From assembly GCA_043822125.1 (NCBI GenBank), contig JBDRCB010000010.1, forward strand, positions 1 to 51,706: DNA of 51,706 nucleotides, given 5' to 3'. The DNA is from an archaeon (GTDB taxonomy: Archaea; Nanobdellota; Nanobdellia; Pacearchaeales; GW2011-AR1). Position 1 is the stretch's first letter; the number at the start of each line of letters is the position of its first letter. This document shows, one piece after another, positions 38,296-47,728 of the stretch. A model generated the notes under the pieces. The model saw only the letters and a list, made by a program, of their open reading frames with translations, searched no databases and was not told the DNA's origin. The translations under genes and the position numbers were made by a program.

Positions 38296-39234
38296 ATGAA
38301 GAAGATTGTAACTATCGGCGGTGGGACAGGGCAGTATTCTATTCTACAGGGGTTGAAAAATTACGACGTGGAGTTGACTGCTATCGTGAACATTGTTGAC
38401 AGCGGGGGCTCGTCAGGAGAGTTGAGGGCGAGTTTTGGAGTTTTGCCTCCAGGAGATATCAGGAATTGTTTAATTGCATTGGCAGATGATTCCAAGATGA
38501 AAGAGCTTGCAGATTTATTTGCATACAGATTTTCAGGAGGGGAAAAAATGAACCACAACCTCGGAAATTTAATTCTCACTGCACTTTCAAAAAAATACGG
38601 AGATATGGGACAAGCAGCTAAAATAGCAGGGGAAATTTTAGGAATCAAGGGAAAAGTTTTTCCAGTTTCTATTGACAGCACTAATCTTTTTGCAGAAACT
38701 TCTGAGGGAAAAATTCTGAAAGGAGAAGATAAAATAACTACTCTAGATAAAAATGAAAAGATAAAAAAAATCTGGTTAGAGCCAAATGCTTATATTTACA
38801 AGGACGCTGCTGATGCAATCCGCGATGCTGATTTAATTATAGTTTGTGCAGGAGAGATTCACGGAAGCATTCTCCCGCATTTTTTAGTCAAAGGAGTTAA
38901 TGAAGCGATTCAGCAGAGCAGGGGGAAATTTATTTATATCTGCAATCTTGGGACAAAGCAGGGAAGCTATGGATTTAGGGCAAGTGATTTTGTGGGATGG
39001 ATTGAGGATTATTGCAAGAGAAAATTAGACATTATAATCTGCAACTCAAAAAAGCCAACGCAGAAAGTTGTTGACAAATACAAAGCAGAAGAAAGTTTTT
39101 TTGTTGAACCTGATTTAATGGGAGAAAAAGTTATTCTTGTTGAATTGCTGGTGGAAAAAGAACTTGGAGGAAAAATCGTCGCGAGGCATGATTCAGAAAA
39201 AATTGCTAAATTAATTATGGATTTATTAAAATGA
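38296..39234 (+). CDS. YvcK/GlmR (UPF0052, CofD-like) family protein
   Basis: IGGGTG, DSGGSSGELR, PPGDIRNCL, HNLGNL, RHDSEK. Confidence 0.9.
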   Translation: MKKIVTIGGGTGQYSILQGLKNYDVELTAIVNIVDSGGSSGELRASFGVLPPGDIRNCLIALADDSKMKELADLFAYRFSGGEKMNHNLGNLILTALSKKYGDMGQAAKIAGEILGIKGKVFPVSIDSTNLFAETSEGKILKGEDKITTLDKNEKIKKIWLEPNAYIYKDAADAIRDADLIIVCAGEIHGSILPHFLVKGVNEAIQQSRGKFIYICNLGTKQGSYGFRASDFVGWIEDYCKRKLDIIICNSKKPTQKVVDKYKAEESFFVEPDLMGEKVILVELLVEKELGGKIVARHDSEKIAKLIMDLLK

Positions 39235-39728
39235 ATTTCCAATTTTATTTAGAAAAACTGCATTCGTCTGATGTTTTCAAAAAATTTAAAAGAGAAAATC
39301 CAAAATCTTATTTGTGCTCGAGTTTTTTTATTTTTGATTTTCGCAGAGAAGGAAATAAACAGCATTTTGATTTTTATGCTCCTGAAGAAAAAAAGATTTT
39401 TAGCTTTCAAATAGAGGAAAATTTCAAAATTGTCCCGATAGAGCAGATAAAAAAAGAAATTCCTGAGAAAATTTCTCTGAATCTGAATTTCGATTTTGAT
39501 GAAATAAAGAGAATTATCTTGAATAAAATTGAAGAGGAAAAAATAAAAAATAAAATTGAAGAGATGATGCTTTCTCTTCAGAGAGTAGGTAAAATAAATC
39601 TTTTAATTGGGACAATTTTTGTTTCTGGGCTTGGGCTGATAAAATTAACTGTTGATTTATCTAAGAAAGAAATTATAGAATTTGAAAAGAAAAGTTTTTT
39701 TGATATGATGAAAATTTTCAGGAAATGA
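39231..39728 (+). CDS. Hypothetical protein
   Basis: 165-aa ORF with ATGA overlap. Confidence 0.65.
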   Translation: MNFQFYLEKLHSSDVFKKFKRENPKSYLCSSFFIFDFRREGNKQHFDFYAPEEKKIFSFQIEENFKIVPIEQIKKEIPEKISLNLNFDFDEIKRIILNKIEEEKIKNKIEEMMLSLQRVGKINLLIGTIFVSGLGLIKLTVDLSKKEIIEFEKKSFFDMMKIFRK

Positions 39729-39755
39729 TTTGCTTAATTTTTCTGCAGTAATGTT

Positions 39756-40352
39756 TTATGTCTTTTCAGCAATAAAATTTATCATTAATTCTGAGCTTAG
39801 TGTAGATGTTATTTTAAATCCTCTTTTTTTAAAAAGTTTATGAATTTCATCTTCTTCAAAAAGATAATAATATCTCTCTCCTTTGTCCCTCCATTTTACA
39901 TATTTTTCGTTTTGTGCGTTTTTGAATCTTTTTGAGTTTTTGTTCCAAACACCGACGAAAACTTCTGCATTTGATTTTAAAACTCTGTGTAATTCTTCAA
40001 CTGCTTTTTCTCTTTTTTTACTTCCTTTAATGCAGTGAAGAGAGGAGATGAAGACTGCAGAATCAAAAAAATCATTTTGAAATGGGAGTTTTGTAAAATC
40101 CGCCTTAATAAACTCTGCCTTGATGTTTCTTTCGTCTGCTTTTTTTCCAGCGAGCTTCAGCATTTTTTCTGAAAAATCAACAAGATATATTTTTCCTTTT
40201 TTTATTTTTATTAAATGCCTTCCTGAACCACTGCCTAAATCCAGGACATTTCCAGTCTGTTTTTTCAAAAATTCAATTACATTTTCTGCTGGTTTTGTTT
40301 TGAACTCATGCCATTCCTCTGCTATGTTATTCCAGATTTTTTTTTGGTTCAT
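39756..40352 (-). CDS. Class I SAM methyltransferase, Trm9-like
   Basis: VLDLGSGSGRH, FISSLHCI...REKAVEELHRVLK...VGVW, VKW...RYYYLF...EI. Confidence 0.8.
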   Translation of the reverse strand: MNQKKIWNNIAEEWHEFKTKPAENVIEFLKKQTGNVLDLGSGSGRHLIKIKKGKIYLVDFSEKMLKLAGKKADERNIKAEFIKADFTKLPFQNDFFDSAVFISSLHCIKGSKKREKAVEELHRVLKSNAEVFVGVWNKNSKRFKNAQNEKYVKWRDKGERYYYLFEEDEIHKLFKKRGFKITSTLSSELMINFIAEKT

Positions 40353-40448
40353 TTTAAATTAATTCTCTTATTTTATAAAAGGAAAAAGTAGTTAAAAATA
40401 TTTGTTCTTTTTTAGAAAGTTTTATCAATTAATTATTTTTTAATTAAA

Positions 40449-40751
40449 ATGGGCTCTATAGAAGAAGATGTAGCAGATTACAGATGGATTCCTGACCTCT
40501 CTGGAAAAGAATTAGGAGCATTATTAAAATATGAAGAAAAACATAGAGTAGAATCTAAAGAAGATTCTCATTTATTGGATTTGTTTGGGGTATGGGTGAA
40601 AAGAAAGAAAGAAGTTAAGCTTGGGGAAATCATTGAAACTGCTGAAATTGTCGAGCCAAATATTATTGCACTTATTAAACGTTATCGTTTATATAAAATT
40701 CCTTTTTTTGGAGGTATAATAAAAGTTTTTTATCCAGCTCCTTATTCATAG
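40449..40751 (+). CDS. Hypothetical protein
   Basis: 100-aa ORF filling an intergenic gap. Confidence 0.55.
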   Translation: MGSIEEDVADYRWIPDLSGKELGALLKYEEKHRVESKEDSHLLDLFGVWVKRKKEVKLGEIIETAEIVEPNIIALIKRYRLYKIPFFGGIIKVFYPAPYS

Positions 40752-40790
40752 TTTTATAAAATTTATATAGTATATCTTAATGCAATTATA

Positions 40791-42161
40791 ATGCTAAAAC
40801 CCTCAAAAGATGAAATCAGAAAGCCGACGAAGACAATTTCTGGCGTCACTCCAATAGCAGTTATGCTTCCTCCTCGGCAGTGCAACCACGGAAAGTGTAT
40901 TTACTGTCCGTCGCTGGATGTTCCTCAGAGTTATACTCCGAAAAGTCCTGTTGTTATGAGGGCAGAGAGATTAGATTATGATCCGTATAAGCAGGTTCGC
41001 GCGAGGATTAAAGCATTTAGAATTATGAACCATCCTACTGATAAAATAGAATTAATAATAATGGGTGGGACTTTTTTGCAGTACCCTAAGCAGTTTCAGT
41101 ATGATTTTATAAGAAGATGCTACGACGGATTGAATGAAAAAGAATCTAAAAATTTAGGAGATGCGCAGAAAATTAATGAAAAGGCGAAAAACAGGTGTGT
41201 TGCACTTTGCATTGAAACCCGTCCTGATTACTGCATTAAATTCATAAAAAGAATGCGGGAGTTTGGAGTTACGAGGGTTGAGCTGGGGGTGCAGATTATC
41301 GACGATAAAATTTATAGTTTGATTAACCGAGGGCATAGGGTTGAAGATGTTATCAATGCAACACGCGCGCTGAAAGATGCAGGGTTTAAAATAGGATATC
41401 ATATTATGCCGGGGCTTCCAGGAAGCAATCTTAAAAAAGATTTGAGACTTTTCAAAAAGCTTTTTTCCGACGAGAAATTCAGACCAGACCAGCTTAAAAT
41501 TTATCCGTGCCAGGTTATGCCGGGCTCTGAACTTGAAAAATTATATTGGGGCAAAAAATATATTCCATATAACAAACAGCAGATTAAGGAGATTGTTATT
41601 GCTATGCTGCGGGAAGTTCCGAGATACTGCAGAGTCATGCGCGTGATGAGGGAGATTCCACCTTCTTATCTTGTGGCTGGAACAAAAAATATTGATTTGC
41701 GGAGAGATATAGAATATGAATTTCGGAAAAGAAAAGAGGAATTAAAAGAAATAAGATACAGGGAAATTGGTTTTGCTTTAAGAGGTGAAGAAGAAGTTGA
41801 TATGAATTTAAATCTTAAAATTACAAAATATAAATCTTCAGGAGGAATTGAATATTTTCTGGAAATTATTAATAAAAAAAATATTTTGTTTGGGTTGTTG
41901 CGACTGCGAATTTCCTGTAATCAAGGAATTGTCAGAGAACTACATGTTTACGGCCCTGCATTGAGATTAGGTGAAAAAAGCAAAACCTCTTCTCAGCACG
42001 GGGGGCTTGGAAAATGGCTTCTCAGCGAGGCAGAAAAAATAGCAAAGAGAAACAAGATGAAATTTTTAAAGATAATCAGCGGGGTGGGAGTCAGGGAATA
42101 TTATAAAAAATTTAATTATAAAACCGGAGAGATGGGTTATATGATTAAATCTCTGGAATGA
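40791..42161 (+). CDS. elp3: Elp3 tRNA uridine(34) acetyltransferase (radical SAM + KAT)
   Basis: CNHGKCIYCP, MGGTF, ETRPD, HIMPGLP, KIYP, VRELHVYG, QHGGLG, ISGVGVREYY. Confidence 0.95.
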   Translation: MLKPSKDEIRKPTKTISGVTPIAVMLPPRQCNHGKCIYCPSLDVPQSYTPKSPVVMRAERLDYDPYKQVRARIKAFRIMNHPTDKIELIIMGGTFLQYPKQFQYDFIRRCYDGLNEKESKNLGDAQKINEKAKNRCVALCIETRPDYCIKFIKRMREFGVTRVELGVQIIDDKIYSLINRGHRVEDVINATRALKDAGFKIGYHIMPGLPGSNLKKDLRLFKKLFSDEKFRPDQLKIYPCQVMPGSELEKLYWGKKYIPYNKQQIKEIVIAMLREVPRYCRVMRVMREIPPSYLVAGTKNIDLRRDIEYEFRKRKEELKEIRYREIGFALRGEEEVDMNLNLKITKYKSSGGIEYFLEIINKKNILFGLLRLRISCNQGIVRELHVYGPALRLGEKSKTSSQHGGLGKWLLSEAEKIAKRNKMKFLKIISGVGVREYYKKFNYKTGEMGYMIKSLE

Positions 42162-43349
42162 TTATTTTCTTCTGCTTTCTACTATGTTTTTAATTTTAAG
42201 GGAGAGAAGCGCGAAGAAGAGCATGCATATTCCTATGAAAATAAAAATAAATTTAAACGGCAGAAAAAACAAAACCGCTGCACACAGGAAAAGAGAAATG
42301 CCGTTGTTCACATCAAGAGTAGTATTGTAAGGGCCGTAATATTTGTCTTTTTGCTCTTTTGTAACTAAATCAAAAAAATATGCTTCTGTTGTTGGTTCGA
42401 GCATTGCAACAAAGACACTTGCTAAAATTAATAGTGCTAAGATTAAATATATGCTGCCTATGAAGAAACAAGATAGTGCAAAAAAGCTGAGTGCTATGTT
42501 TCCTATAAAAAATATTTTTTTGAATCCTATTTTTCCGGTGAGTTTTCCGAATGAGTATTCACACAAAATCAGCGGGACTACCACAAGTGCCAGAAAATAA
42601 CCAACGATAATTTCATTTAATCCTGAATCAACTATGTAAATTGGAATATAGATATAGATTAAAGTCCACCAAAATGTGACACTTCCACTTATTATGTAAA
42701 TTAAAAGTCTGTCCTTGTTTTTAAGAAAATCTATTAGAACTTTTAGAACATTTTTGTCGATTCTTTTTTTCTTTCTCTCATCTTTTATTTTGAAATCCTT
42801 GAATAAAATCATTGTAAGAAGCATGAATGCTGCTGCTAGGAAAAAGACATTTTTTATTCCATATCTGTTTGCAACAAAACCTGCTACTATCGGGCCTATT
42901 AGCCAGGAGATGTTGAAGAATGTATAAATTAAACTGATATTTTTTGAGACTGCTGTGTTTTTGGACTTGTCCCGCAGGATTATTCCAAAAGCAGTGATTT
43001 TCATAGAGGTTGCTACTGCGAGAATTATTCCTGTGATTGTTATTGCCCAGATTGTTGAAAATAATGCAAAAGATAAGTATGAAATAATAAAAATTCCTAC
43101 TGCGAACAAATATATTTTAGCCTTACTGTTTTTTTCAATTATCGGAATTAAGAATATGTATGAAAGTCCTGCGACGATTGTGAAAAATGTCAGCAAAATA
43201 CCAACATAAGACGGGTTTTTTAAAATTGATTCAAGATAAATTGCCCAGATTGTTGCGACGAGAGCTGAGCTTAAAGAAGAGATTAAAGAGATAATCCCTA
43301 ATTTATTGATTTGGGTTAGGGCGAGACCTCTTTTTTTTATTGTGTGCAT
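42162..43349 (-). CDS. MFS transporter
   Basis: About 12 hydrophobic segments; GKLTGKIGFKK loop. Confidence 0.85.
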   Translation of the reverse strand: MHTIKKRGLALTQINKLGIISLISSLSSALVATIWAIYLESILKNPSYVGILLTFFTIVAGLSYIFLIPIIEKNSKAKIYLFAVGIFIISYLSFALFSTIWAITITGIILAVATSMKITAFGIILRDKSKNTAVSKNISLIYTFFNISWLIGPIVAGFVANRYGIKNVFFLAAAFMLLTMILFKDFKIKDERKKKRIDKNVLKVLIDFLKNKDRLLIYIISGSVTFWWTLIYIYIPIYIVDSGLNEIIVGYFLALVVVPLILCEYSFGKLTGKIGFKKIFFIGNIALSFFALSCFFIGSIYLILALLILASVFVAMLEPTTEAYFFDLVTKEQKDKYYGPYNTTLDVNNGISLFLCAAVLFFLPFKFIFIFIGICMLFFALLSLKIKNIVESRRK

Positions 43350-43372
43350 GGAACTATAACTTTTTTGTATTT

Positions 43373-44191
43373 TTAAACTTTAATTATTCCTTTCTGCCAT
43401 TCTTTAAGAATAAAACGGGATGTTTTGTCTTCGTTGACGTCCCCGCCTTTTTTCAAGAAGCCCTTTTTTCTCCCGAGTTTTTCTATTAATATTTCTGAGT
43501 CTCCTTCTGAATTTATTTTATAATGCTTATCCAGTAAATTCCCATATTTTTCCATTAGTTTTGAAATAATTATTTCAGGTTCTTTAACCTGGCTGTAAGA
43601 ACGTCCGCTAACTTCAGCATGTTTCGCGAGGGCATTTTTTTCTGTTCCAGAATAGTCTTCTTCTGGTATTACTCCAGGGGTATCAATTAGCATAATTTCA
43701 GGAGTTAATTTTAATTTTTGAATTCCTTTAGTAAACCCTGCATCAGCACCTGTTCCAGCAGAGCTTTTTCCTACGAGGGTGTTTATCAAAGAAGATTTTC
43801 CTGTGTTTGGATAGCCGATAACTCCGACATTTATTTTTTCACTTACAGGATTTTCTATTTTTTTAGAGATTAGTTTTATTTTATCTCTCAGCTCTTTTAT
43901 TCCTGTGCGGGATTTACACGAAACAAAAATATGAGGGATTAAATTTTTTGGAATTTTTTTGTATTTTATTAAATCTGATTTATTTAATACATAAATTATT
44001 TTTTTATCCTGTTTTTTTGCTTCTTTTTCAATGGATTTATTTCTTGTTTCTTTTATGAACCGCGCATCTAAAACTTCTAGAATTATGTCAGAAATGCTGA
44101 CTATTTTTTTTAACAGCAAAGGGTATTTTTTCTTCTGCTTAGTCTGATTTTTTAATTTTTTTTCAGAACGGAGCTGTTTTTTTGTCGGCAT
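43373..44191 (-). CDS. Circularly permuted ribosome-biogenesis GTPase (RbgA/YlqF family)
   Basis: VLDAR, NKSD, GYPNTGKSS, DTPG in permuted order. Confidence 0.92.
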   Translation of the reverse strand: MPTKKQLRSEKKLKNQTKQKKKYPLLLKKIVSISDIILEVLDARFIKETRNKSIEKEAKKQDKKIIYVLNKSDLIKYKKIPKNLIPHIFVSCKSRTGIKELRDKIKLISKKIENPVSEKINVGVIGYPNTGKSSLINTLVGKSSAGTGADAGFTKGIQKLKLTPEIMLIDTPGVIPEEDYSGTEKNALAKHAEVSGRSYSQVKEPEIIISKLMEKYGNLLDKHYKINSEGDSEILIEKLGRKKGFLKKGGDVNEDKTSRFILKEWQKGIIKV

Positions 44192-44221
44192 AAAAGAATA
44201 AAGAGAAAAGAGTTTATAAAA

Positions 44222-44310
44222 ACGCCCCGACCGGGGGTCTTTTTTAGCCCTTTTTCTCATCACGCCCCATTGGGGTGTTTTTTCCGTTTCGACGCACCGA
44301 CAGGGCGTCG
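44222..44310. repeat. Three tandem GC-rich hairpins
   Basis: acgccccgaccgggggt, acgccccattggggtg, cgacgc-N9-gcgtcg. Confidence 0.65.
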
Positions 44311-44452
44311 TATTATCTAAGAGCTTCCTTCATTGAAAGAAAGTATCTTTTGCTTTTTCCTCCACTTGTGTGAATATTATTTCTGATTTCATTCTTATTT
44401 TTATTAAAAGTCGTCGGAGTTTATTTAGTTTTCTATTGAGCAAGATGATAAA

Positions 44453-45061
44453 TTATTCATCTTGAAGAAATTTAACTTCTGGAATTCTTGGATACGAATT
44501 CATTTTACATGCCTTCTCTAAATATTCTCTCTTCCAATCCCTTTTATCTGTTGTTATAAGAATAAGATTATTTTTTTTATATTCTTCTATTCCAGAAGCA
44601 ATTATCTTGGAATCTGCTTTATTTTTGTTTAATTCAAATAAAGAATTTACTAGAGATGGATTTATTTTATCCAAGGGAGTAACAAATCGTTTAATTTTTG
44701 TTTTAATGAAATTATTTAGTTTTCTTTCTAAGAGATATGTTTGTTCTTGCAAATCAAATATATCTTTAATATTAATTAATCCTAATTCATAATTTGCTAA
44801 TATCTTACGAACCTTCATTTTATCTTCTTTAGTTAACATTTTTATTTCAGGTGTCTCCTTAGAAGAAAACAGGGCCTTTGTCTTAATTATTTTTGATGTA
44901 AGTTTTAATCTCCAAATTAAATAAGGAATCTCTTTTTGTTTTTGATAAAAACAAAGAATAATGTTCTGATTTCCAAAAATAAATTTTTTAGATATCTCGT
45001 TAAAGGAGCTCTTTTCATCGAAATTATTAATAATTATGCATGTATCAAGAAAAGTTTCCAT
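44453..45061 (-). CDS. PIN-domain protein
   Basis: FLDTCIII, DSKIIASG, LITTD. Confidence 0.75.
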   Translation of the reverse strand: METFLDTCIIINNFDEKSSFNEISKKFIFGNQNIILCFYQKQKEIPYLIWRLKLTSKIIKTKALFSSKETPEIKMLTKEDKMKVRKILANYELGLINIKDIFDLQEQTYLLERKLNNFIKTKIKRFVTPLDKINPSLVNSLFELNKNKADSKIIASGIEEYKKNNLILITTDKRDWKREYLEKACKMNSYPRIPEVKFLQDE

Positions 45062-45065
45062 TTTA

Positions 45066-46103
45066 CTAATCACTTAATAATGAGTGAAGTAATTCCTTAG
45101 ATTTTTCATTTGAAAAACTTTTAAAATTTTCTTCAGACAGATTATCTAACTCTTCTTTTAATTCATTCAAAACAGTTTCTATATTTGCTATCTTAGAATT
45201 TAACTGGTTTGATTTTATTTGATAAAATAATTCTCTTTTTTCTTCTGAAATCAAATTTTCAGCATCATAGAAAAAATACTCTGTCGTTAAACAATCCCAA
45301 ACAAGAGTGAATATTTCTTTTAATTTCATCAAATAATTTTTTAATTCTTCCGAATCTTCCAAATTAATAATATTAATAACACAATAAACAAATTTATCAA
45401 AAACTTCAAAACTTTCTTTTAATTCAATTGGATAAAAAGAAGATAATTTTAAAATACTTTCTTTTAAATCTTTCAGATTATTTGCTACAAAAAGATTGGT
45501 TGTTTTTGTTTCTTTTTCATAGTAGAATTTCATTTCTGGTTTTTCATATTGTTCTAGTTGAACTCTATGAGCAGACCAATCCTTATATTTATCAATTAGT
45601 TGTGAAAGCAAGGTTTGTTGTTTGGAATTCAAATTAAAAGTCTTATAATCTATCAAATTATTTTCATACCTTAAAGCAAGTGTTTGACCATAATGAAAAT
45701 TTAAAATAGGAACATTTTTAATGTCTCCATCTTCAATAAGTTTAACTGCAATTTTTTGAAGTTTTGTTCTTGAAATTTCTTGATTGGTCTTTTTTCTCCA
45801 AATATTTGAGATTGTGTGAAGGAGGCTAAGAGTATTTCCTCTTACTTCCTCTTTAAAAGGCAAACAATAAAAAGCTAAATCTTCAGAACTACAGTATACT
45901 TTTGATTTTGATGCAGAAATTAATTCATAAACTTTTCTTTCTTTTTCTTGCATTAATTCATCTAAAAATTTTTCAATAGTGAGCCAATTGGAATTTATAT
46001 TCTCACTAATTTCAGAGATTGTTTTAGGTCCTTCTTTTAATTCATTGAGGATATCTTCTTTAATTTGTTCAGGAGTTTTCTTTGCCTTTGTTTTAACTGT
46101 CAT
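45066..46103 (-). CDS. wHTH protein with a Panacea/SocA-like central region
   Basis: PKTISEISENINSNWLTIEKFL; SRTKLQKI...NFHYGQ. Confidence 0.55.
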   Translation of the reverse strand: MTVKTKAKKTPEQIKEDILNELKEGPKTISEISENINSNWLTIEKFLDELMQEKERKVYELISASKSKVYCSSEDLAFYCLPFKEEVRGNTLSLLHTISNIWRKKTNQEISRTKLQKIAVKLIEDGDIKNVPILNFHYGQTLALRYENNLIDYKTFNLNSKQQTLLSQLIDKYKDWSAHRVQLEQYEKPEMKFYYEKETKTTNLFVANNLKDLKESILKLSSFYPIELKESFEVFDKFVYCVINIINLEDSEELKNYLMKLKEIFTLVWDCLTTEYFFYDAENLISEEKRELFYQIKSNQLNSKIANIETVLNELKEELDNLSEENFKSFSNEKSKELLHSLLSD

Positions 46104-46255
46104 AGAATTCACCCCCTCTTTTCATAATTATTAATAATGATTTATGTTTATAAATGTTTGGTTATGTTTAATAATGTCTGATAACTTTGGATATAATGAT
46201 AACATTTATAAATAGGTATTTCATTAAATATTCAATTAAATTTAAAAAAATTTAA

Positions 46256-46507
46256 ATGACAATTAGAAGAAAAGTCAAAAAGATTATTGATGGAGATACG
46301 TTCCAGACCTATACAAGGGTTAACGGAAGCAACTATGTCCGAATAGCTGGAAAGAATGCTCCTGAAAAACACCAATTCGGTGGAAGTGCTGCTACTCAAA
46401 AACTGAAAAGACAAATTCAAGGCAAAACTGTAACTCTTAAACCAGTAGGAAGATCTTTTGGTAGGGTTGTTGCTAAAGTCAGACATAATAGGAGATTGTT
46501 AAAATAA
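46256..46507 (+). CDS. Minimal thermonuclease (SNase)-family protein
   Basis: VKKIIDGDTF, VRIAGKNAPE, SFGRVVAKV. Confidence 0.85.
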   Translation: MTIRRKVKKIIDGDTFQTYTRVNGSNYVRIAGKNAPEKHQFGGSAATQKLKRQIQGKTVTLKPVGRSFGRVVAKVRHNRRLLK

Positions 46508-46695
46508 TGGTACAAAAACTATTTGGATTAGGTTTAGGAGCTACTGGGACGGCAGCGATACTTATCATTGGAGGAATTTTAGTAACTCAATTTGCTTCTG
46601 AGAGTCTAGGAAATTTTGCTATTTTTGGGGGAATTATTTTAGCCCTTATATTCGGAGGATTAGGGGTTTTGGGAATTCTAAAGAGATTATTTTAA
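46507..46695 (+). CDS. Small two-TM Gly-rich membrane protein
   Basis: Hydrophobic 62 aa; TAATG coupling to the upstream gene. Confidence 0.7.
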   Translation: MVQKLFGLGLGATGTAAILIIGGILVTQFASESLGNFAIFGGIILALIFGGLGVLGILKRLF

Positions 46696-46696
46696 T

Positions 46697-46933
46697 ATGG
46701 AAGGAGAAAGAAAATCAGAAGAATTTGAAGATGATAGAAAAAAGTGGAAAATTTATTTTGATTTAGAATCAGATAGCCCTGGAGGAGAGAGTGTTGTAAT
46801 GATAAGATTTAGACGAAGTGAAAATGGAAAACATTTTTTGAATACTAAAGATCTAGAGAAACTCAAACAAGATTTAAGGGATTTGGGAAAACTTAGAATA
46901 ATTAAACAAGGGAAGGATTTTTTAGAGGGATGA
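46697..46933 (+). CDS. Hypothetical protein
   Basis: 78-aa ORF starting 1 bp after the previous gene. Confidence 0.55.
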   Translation: MEGERKSEEFEDDRKKWKIYFDLESDSPGGESVVMIRFRRSENGKHFLNTKDLEKLKQDLRDLGKLRIIKQGKDFLEG

Positions 46934-47059
46934 AAGTAGAACATAGTTTGATAATTAATCATTGCATTTATCTTCTTTACAAGATTAAAGAATTCTAAAG
47001 GATAAAGGTATTTGGTATAGAAAAGAAAACTATAAAATCCTATGAAAATCTTAAATAAT

Positions 47060-47728
47060 ATGAAGATCAAAGACCTTCCAGAGCAAAATAGGCCAAGAGA
47101 GAGATTTCTTAAACATGGACCTGAAACACTTAGTGATGCAGAATTGTTTGCAATAATTCTAAGAACTGGTTCTCAAAAAGAAAATGTTATTGACATGTCT
47201 AACAGACTCATTAAAGAATATGGATTAAATAATTTATTTGATTGCTCACTTAAAGAACTCCAAAAAATAAAAGGAATTGGCCCATCAAAAGCAATGCAAC
47301 TTCTGGCGATGGCAGAGTTGGGAAAGAGATACAATCAATCTCAAATACTTCAAAAAAAGAAAATAACCTGTGCAGAAGATGTGTTTAATCATTTTCATGA
47401 ACGTCTTAAAGACAAAAAACAAGAAGAGTTTCATATACTCATGCTCAATACTCAAAATCATATAATTGGAGAGCAGTTAATAAGTAAGGGAACCTTAGAT
47501 GCGTCTCTTGTCCATCCAAGAGAAGTGTTTAAACCTGCGATAAAGAATTCAGCATCAAAGATTATCCTGGTTCATAATCATCCAAGTGGAGATTGTTTTC
47601 CAAGCGATGAAGACTATGAAATATTTAGAATAATTTCAGAAACAGGGAAAAATCTACAAATAAAAATTTTAGATAATGTGATTATTGCTAATAATAAAAA
47701 ATGGAGTTACGTTGAAGATAGAATTTAA
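47060..47728 (+). CDS. radC: RadC/UPF0758 JAB-domain protein
   Basis: RPRERF..G...LSDAEL, KGIGPSKA, VHPREVF, HNHPSGD..PS.ED. Confidence 0.95.
   Translation: MKIKDLPEQNRPRERFLKHGPETLSDAELFAIILRTGSQKENVIDMSNRLIKEYGLNNLFDCSLKELQKIKGIGPSKAMQLLAMAELGKRYNQSQILQKKKITCAEDVFNHFHERLKDKKQEEFHILMLNTQNHIIGEQLISKGTLDASLVHPREVFKPAIKNSASKIILVHNHPSGDCFPSDEDYEIFRIISETGKNLQIKILDNVIIANNKKWSYVEDRI

Noticed and set aside
44222-44310. Mini-CRISPR reading of the hairpin trio
   Set aside because: The units are too short and divergent, spacing is uneven, and no cas genes are nearby.
44330-44392. 20-aa minus-strand ORF MKSEIIFTQVEEKAKDTFFQ
   Set aside because: Too short and without a recognisable motif; at most a gene fragment.
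46186-46213. Archaeal dif-like site (TTTGGATATAA...)
   Set aside because: Only one arm resembles the consensus as I recall it; there is no matching inverted arm after a 6-bp spacer.
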